From Macrostomum lignano (taxonomy: Eukaryota): a stretch of 64,000 bases of DNA. Below, one piece after another: positions 60,201-64,000 of the stretch. The notes under the pieces are model-generated. The model was not told the origin of the DNA. It saw only the letters and a program-made list of their open reading frames with translations, and made no database searches. Position numbers and translations under genes: made by a program. Positions within the stretch are counted from its first letter, which is position 1, and the number at the start of each line of letters is the position of its first letter. The stretch lies in NCBI GenBank assembly GCA_002269645.1, contig NIVC01000186.1:310001-374000 (forward strand), in the 5' to 3' direction.

Positions 60201-60612
60201 TCTGGTGTAACATATGAATGCCAGAAAATTCTAGCATATTTGCTGCCTTCCTTAGTATAGGCCTAGCAGATAGGCCTACTATATTAGGCTTATAGTTTAT
60301 GTTTGAAAAAGCACATTTAAATTTATTATCTAGATAGACACTATTTTATCCTATTTTTGGCATCATAAATTTGAAGACAGTTTTTGTTATAGCTAAGCCA
60401 TGTTAGTTAGTCTTTATTTATTTGTATAGTGTTATTTGCATGGTAACTAAAATACATATTTTATAAATAGTTATCTAATCTTATAGTAAATGGAGTTTAC
60501 TTTGTTTAGTCACATGATTTATATGTTTATAATTTAGACCTAGCATTTTCTATTAGCTTATACTATATATATTATTAATAATTTACCTAAGGTTTATTGG
60601 GCCTAATAATTA

Positions 60613-61025
60613 GAGGTTGGACAGGATTAAAATCTTTGGGCGGGATTGGGATTGGGAATACTTTTTTCTTGGGATTGGGATCAAGATCAGGATTTAGGAA
60701 TCAGGATTAGGTCTTTTAGTGTATTGTCCAGACTCCATATAAAGCCCATTAAAGGTAAATAAAATTGAGCAAAAATGTCAAGATAAAAAATTAAAGCACA
60801 ACAAAATTACTGCAAAGTTATGTAACCAACAAAGTAATAATGTAACAAGTACAAATTAAAACAAAATATACTCAAATTAAAACTAGGCCTAATTCTATAA
60901 ATTTTTAATCAAAAGACCTGTTCCTAATTTTCATATTTTTAGGGTTGGGATTTTGGTCCCGCAGGAATCAAATTTTTCTTAGGATCTCAAGATTTGGGAT
61001 CAGGATTAGGATCCCATCTAACCTC
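60613..61025. mobile_element. 413-bp MITE with about 15-bp TIRs and TA flanks
   Basis: TA|GAGGTTGGACAGGAT ... ATCCCATCTAACCTC|TA; internal GGGATT/GGATC subterminal repeats. Confidence 0.65.
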
Positions 61026-62157
61026 TATTCTTAAACAGGTAGGAGAGATCAGCAACTATATTCTAGGGGCTAAGACCTAGTGCTTGCAAGTTATAAGATG
61101 TAATCTATCATGAAAATAGGCATAATCAACTGCTGCTAATGTTAAAGATCCCTTAGTTGGGTATAAATACTTTTTTCTATATTGGGCTAGGCTTTGCATT
61201 GTTACTTACTTAAACTAATTATTATGCAAGTAAAATTATATAAAATTCTGTTTTTAAAAAAATGCTTTGCATTTTGCTATCAATAAAAAAGTCAGTTAGG
61301 TTTTATCTATAGCTTAGCAATAAAAACAACCATTGTCAGTTTAAAACCTCTGAGCTATATAGCATATAGCATATTGTTTTTTTAAGCTAAAGACCAAGTT
61401 TCTTATAAAAAATTAAATATTAGTTTTTGTAATGTTAGGCCTATAAATTTTGATCAGTATTACAAAAAGTATATATGTGAAAACAATCAAACTAAACAAA
61501 AGAATACTACAATACTACTACTATTGATTCTAATATCATTAAGAATTATACTTAATGAATGCTAAATAGAATTAGTGATTTTGTTTATTATTTTCAATGA
61601 CTAGGCCTATTAAGAATTCCAATGGTTCCAATAATAAAACTAAACAATCTAAAATCTAAACCCCTATTATAGCCAAGTTCCAAACTGCACTAGATGCCTT
61701 CTTTTACTGTTCCAAATCCAAACTGTGCCAGTGTACCCAGACTCTAGAAAGTTGCATAGGGTTTTAAGTGGTAATCAAGAAATAAAAACTTTTTTAAAAC
61801 TTAAAATTAAGTTCATGTAGAATTAGAAATAAGCAAACAAAAATTTCATGGTCATGATATTAGCTTATTATTGGAGAACTTAAAGAAGTCCTGCCTAAAC
61901 CCTGATCCTGTGTTATTGTTTACACTTAGTTCTAGTATTATACAACAAGAGTCATCTATTGTGTCTTGTGACACTGCTACTGGCAATTTGCTAGACTTGG
62001 CAGTTCCTAATTTAGTTCTAATAGTTCCCAAACAACTGCCTACCATTACCCTTTCAAGTCAGTTTGAGTTTGATCTCCAATACTAAGCAGATAAAGCAAC
62101 TGCTGAGATCAATGACATCTAACATCTACTATGCAATAGATTCTCTTTTATGTTTTA

Positions 62158-62296
62158 CATGGTGGCTCTTTAATGTTAGACATGGTGGCTCTTTAATGTT
62201 CGACATGGTGGCTCTTTAATGTTAGACATGGTGGCTCTTTAATGTTAGACATGATGGCTCTTTAATGTTTGACATGGTGGCTCTTGAATGTTTGAT
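62158..62296. repeat. 23-bp minisatellite (CATGGTGGCTCTTTAATGTTAGA) x6
   Basis: Direct reading. Confidence 0.92.
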
Positions 62297-62349
62297 ATTG
62301 TGCATTTTTTGTGTTTAGCATTTTGTGTTTTTAAGGTTTTTAAATAAAA

Positions 62350-62425
62350 AATATTTTTGCACTACTAAGATTTGAACCTAGGTTGCTGCATTAGCAGTCC
62401 AGTCTGTTCGCATCTATGCTATCTC
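62350..62425 (-). mobile_element. Decayed tRNA-derived SINE head
   Basis: Minus strand TAGCATAGATG...GGTTCAAATC (B-box with CpG to CpA change). Confidence 0.35.
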
Positions 62426-62644
62426 TTGTCAATTGGAGAACTTGAATTGTGGCCCTTATAATTAAATTCTTATAGCAAATAGATTAGAGTAAAAAGTTAT
62501 GACATAATCAATTTCTCAGTCAGCCAGTATCAGTGTCAATTTAAGTTAGCAATATTGTTACACAATTTAAATCAAGTTTTATGTGCATTTCTTTGGCATT
62601 GGTTTCAACTGGTTGTGATGTAATCCTTATCCCAATTGGAATTC

Positions 62645-62901
62645 AGTTAGTCAGTTTTTTTCTCTAGTATTCTTACAATGCATTTCAGGTCGAAAGACTG
62701 CTTGACCTTTGCAAAAAAGAATGTTTTTTGAATATTTAATCCCTTTAACATTGAGCAATTTCTTAGCCAAAATGCATGTACCGTGCCAGGAAAATTTCTG
62801 ATCGAATGGTGCAAGTTTGAAGAAAATCGGTTGAGTCATTTTTTTCTGAAATCAATCGCATAGCTACATACATACAAACAACTCATTTTTAGTATATAGG
62901 A
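62645..62901 (-). mobile_element. Inverted 5' fragment of the same Helitron-like family as 43068-43400
   Basis: The reverse complement begins TCCTATATACTAAAAATGA and aligns visibly with 43068-43330. Confidence 0.7.
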
Positions 62902-64000
62902 TCTTATAGATTTACTCACTCCATTCCAAATTCCAACCATTTCTTTCTCCTTTAGGTAATAGCATTCTTTTCTGACCAACTTTGCCATCTATGGTCAAAT
63001 AGTTAATGCATTTGTAAGAACTATATGCACTAAATTGGATGTCATCATAACAAAGCTAAAGAAGCATTTAGAGAAGCAATTTTTGACTGATAGGGAACTT
63101 TGTTGCACTTTTGCAGCTTCTTGCAAAACATGATCCTACATGATACTATGTGCATAGACCATCAAATTACAAATACAGTGCCAATGAGTCATAAAATGAA
63201 TTAACTTTTATACATTTTTTCATGAATTTAGCCTATTTATGAATTTTAAAAGTAAGCAATAAATCTTATTTTCATCTTGGATAGAGTTTGGCTTAGTCCT
63301 AATGTTTTGTATCTATCTAGGTACATTGGATATTGTACTCAGTTGTCCAAAGCATTCTCTATTTAATATATTTGTAAGATATAGATAATAAATAATTATT
63401 GAGCAGATTACATCTAAGTTATTAAAGCCTTTTCTTTCTAAACAAAGGATGATTAAGTCTTGGTTTTTTTGCTAGTTCTAATTATAATGAAATCCTAAGG
63501 TTATCCTTTTCTGTGTTATACATATTAAATCTTGTGAATATCTCATACATTTTTGCTATGAGTTATCACAATTTATCACTGTTTACTGTATGTAATTTTT
63601 GTTTAACTGCCTAATATTTGGCTTGAGTGTATAAGAGTTATAACAATTTTTTATTTCTATAATTCTCTTCCAGTTATCAAAAATGAGCACATGGAATTTG
63701 TTCTGCCAGCAAAATATTTCAAAGGAGCAGCCACTTAAAGGTGTGAATATTAGATTAAAATTGGATTATTACTGTAATACTTGCCTTTGCACTTCACGCA
63801 ATACTGTTAACTCTCCTCTCCTCTCCTTTCTCCCTTCTCCCCTTCCCTCTACCCTCTCCTCTTGTCTCCTGAAGAGTTTACAATGATCCCAAATGAGTAT
63901 TACAATAATCCCAGTTAGGATTCCTAGTCACGCCTACAAGAATCTCCTGTCACATTTACTCAAAATCAAACTGTGTCAACAACACTGGAACTGTCTACTA

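Noticed and set aside
28110-62425. Functional tRNA genes at 28110-28198, 39765-39850, about 40690-40725 and 62350-62425
   Set aside because: A/B boxes are present but acceptor and anticodon stems do not pair; treated as SINE heads or pseudogenes.

Overview
Repeat-rich invertebrate (metazoan) genomic DNA with spliceosomal introns. GC-rich third codon positions and very dense intronic mini/microsatellites are compatible with a free-living flatworm such as Macrostomum (inference only). Plus strand: a complete cholinergic gene locus. An intronless vesicular acetylcholine transporter (VAChT, 8911-10575) lies just upstream of a 13-coding-exon choline acetyltransferase (ChAT, 11838-34400, 679 aa when spliced by hand), the nested layout known from nematodes, insects and vertebrates. 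Minus strand: a tandem-DED caspase-8-like pseudogene (37344-38763; one nonsense codon and one 7-bp duplication), a 5-exon ASH2L (48762-53593, 547 aa) and an intronless mevalonate kinase (55899-57218) tightly head-to-tail with ASH2L. Mobile DNA includes two RNase H-bearing LINE fragments, an RTE-like fragment, a gag-only CsRn1-type LTR element with intact TSD, a Mag-like gag fragment, Tc1/IS630 remnants, several MITEs, tRNA-derived SINE heads and a head-to-tail Helitron-like cluster at 38.9-47 kb that carries satellites. Roughly a quarter of the window (by eye) is tandem repeat, which explains most of the long low-complexity ORFs in the supplied track. All exon models were built manually from GT-AG sites and frame continuity; no database searches were run.
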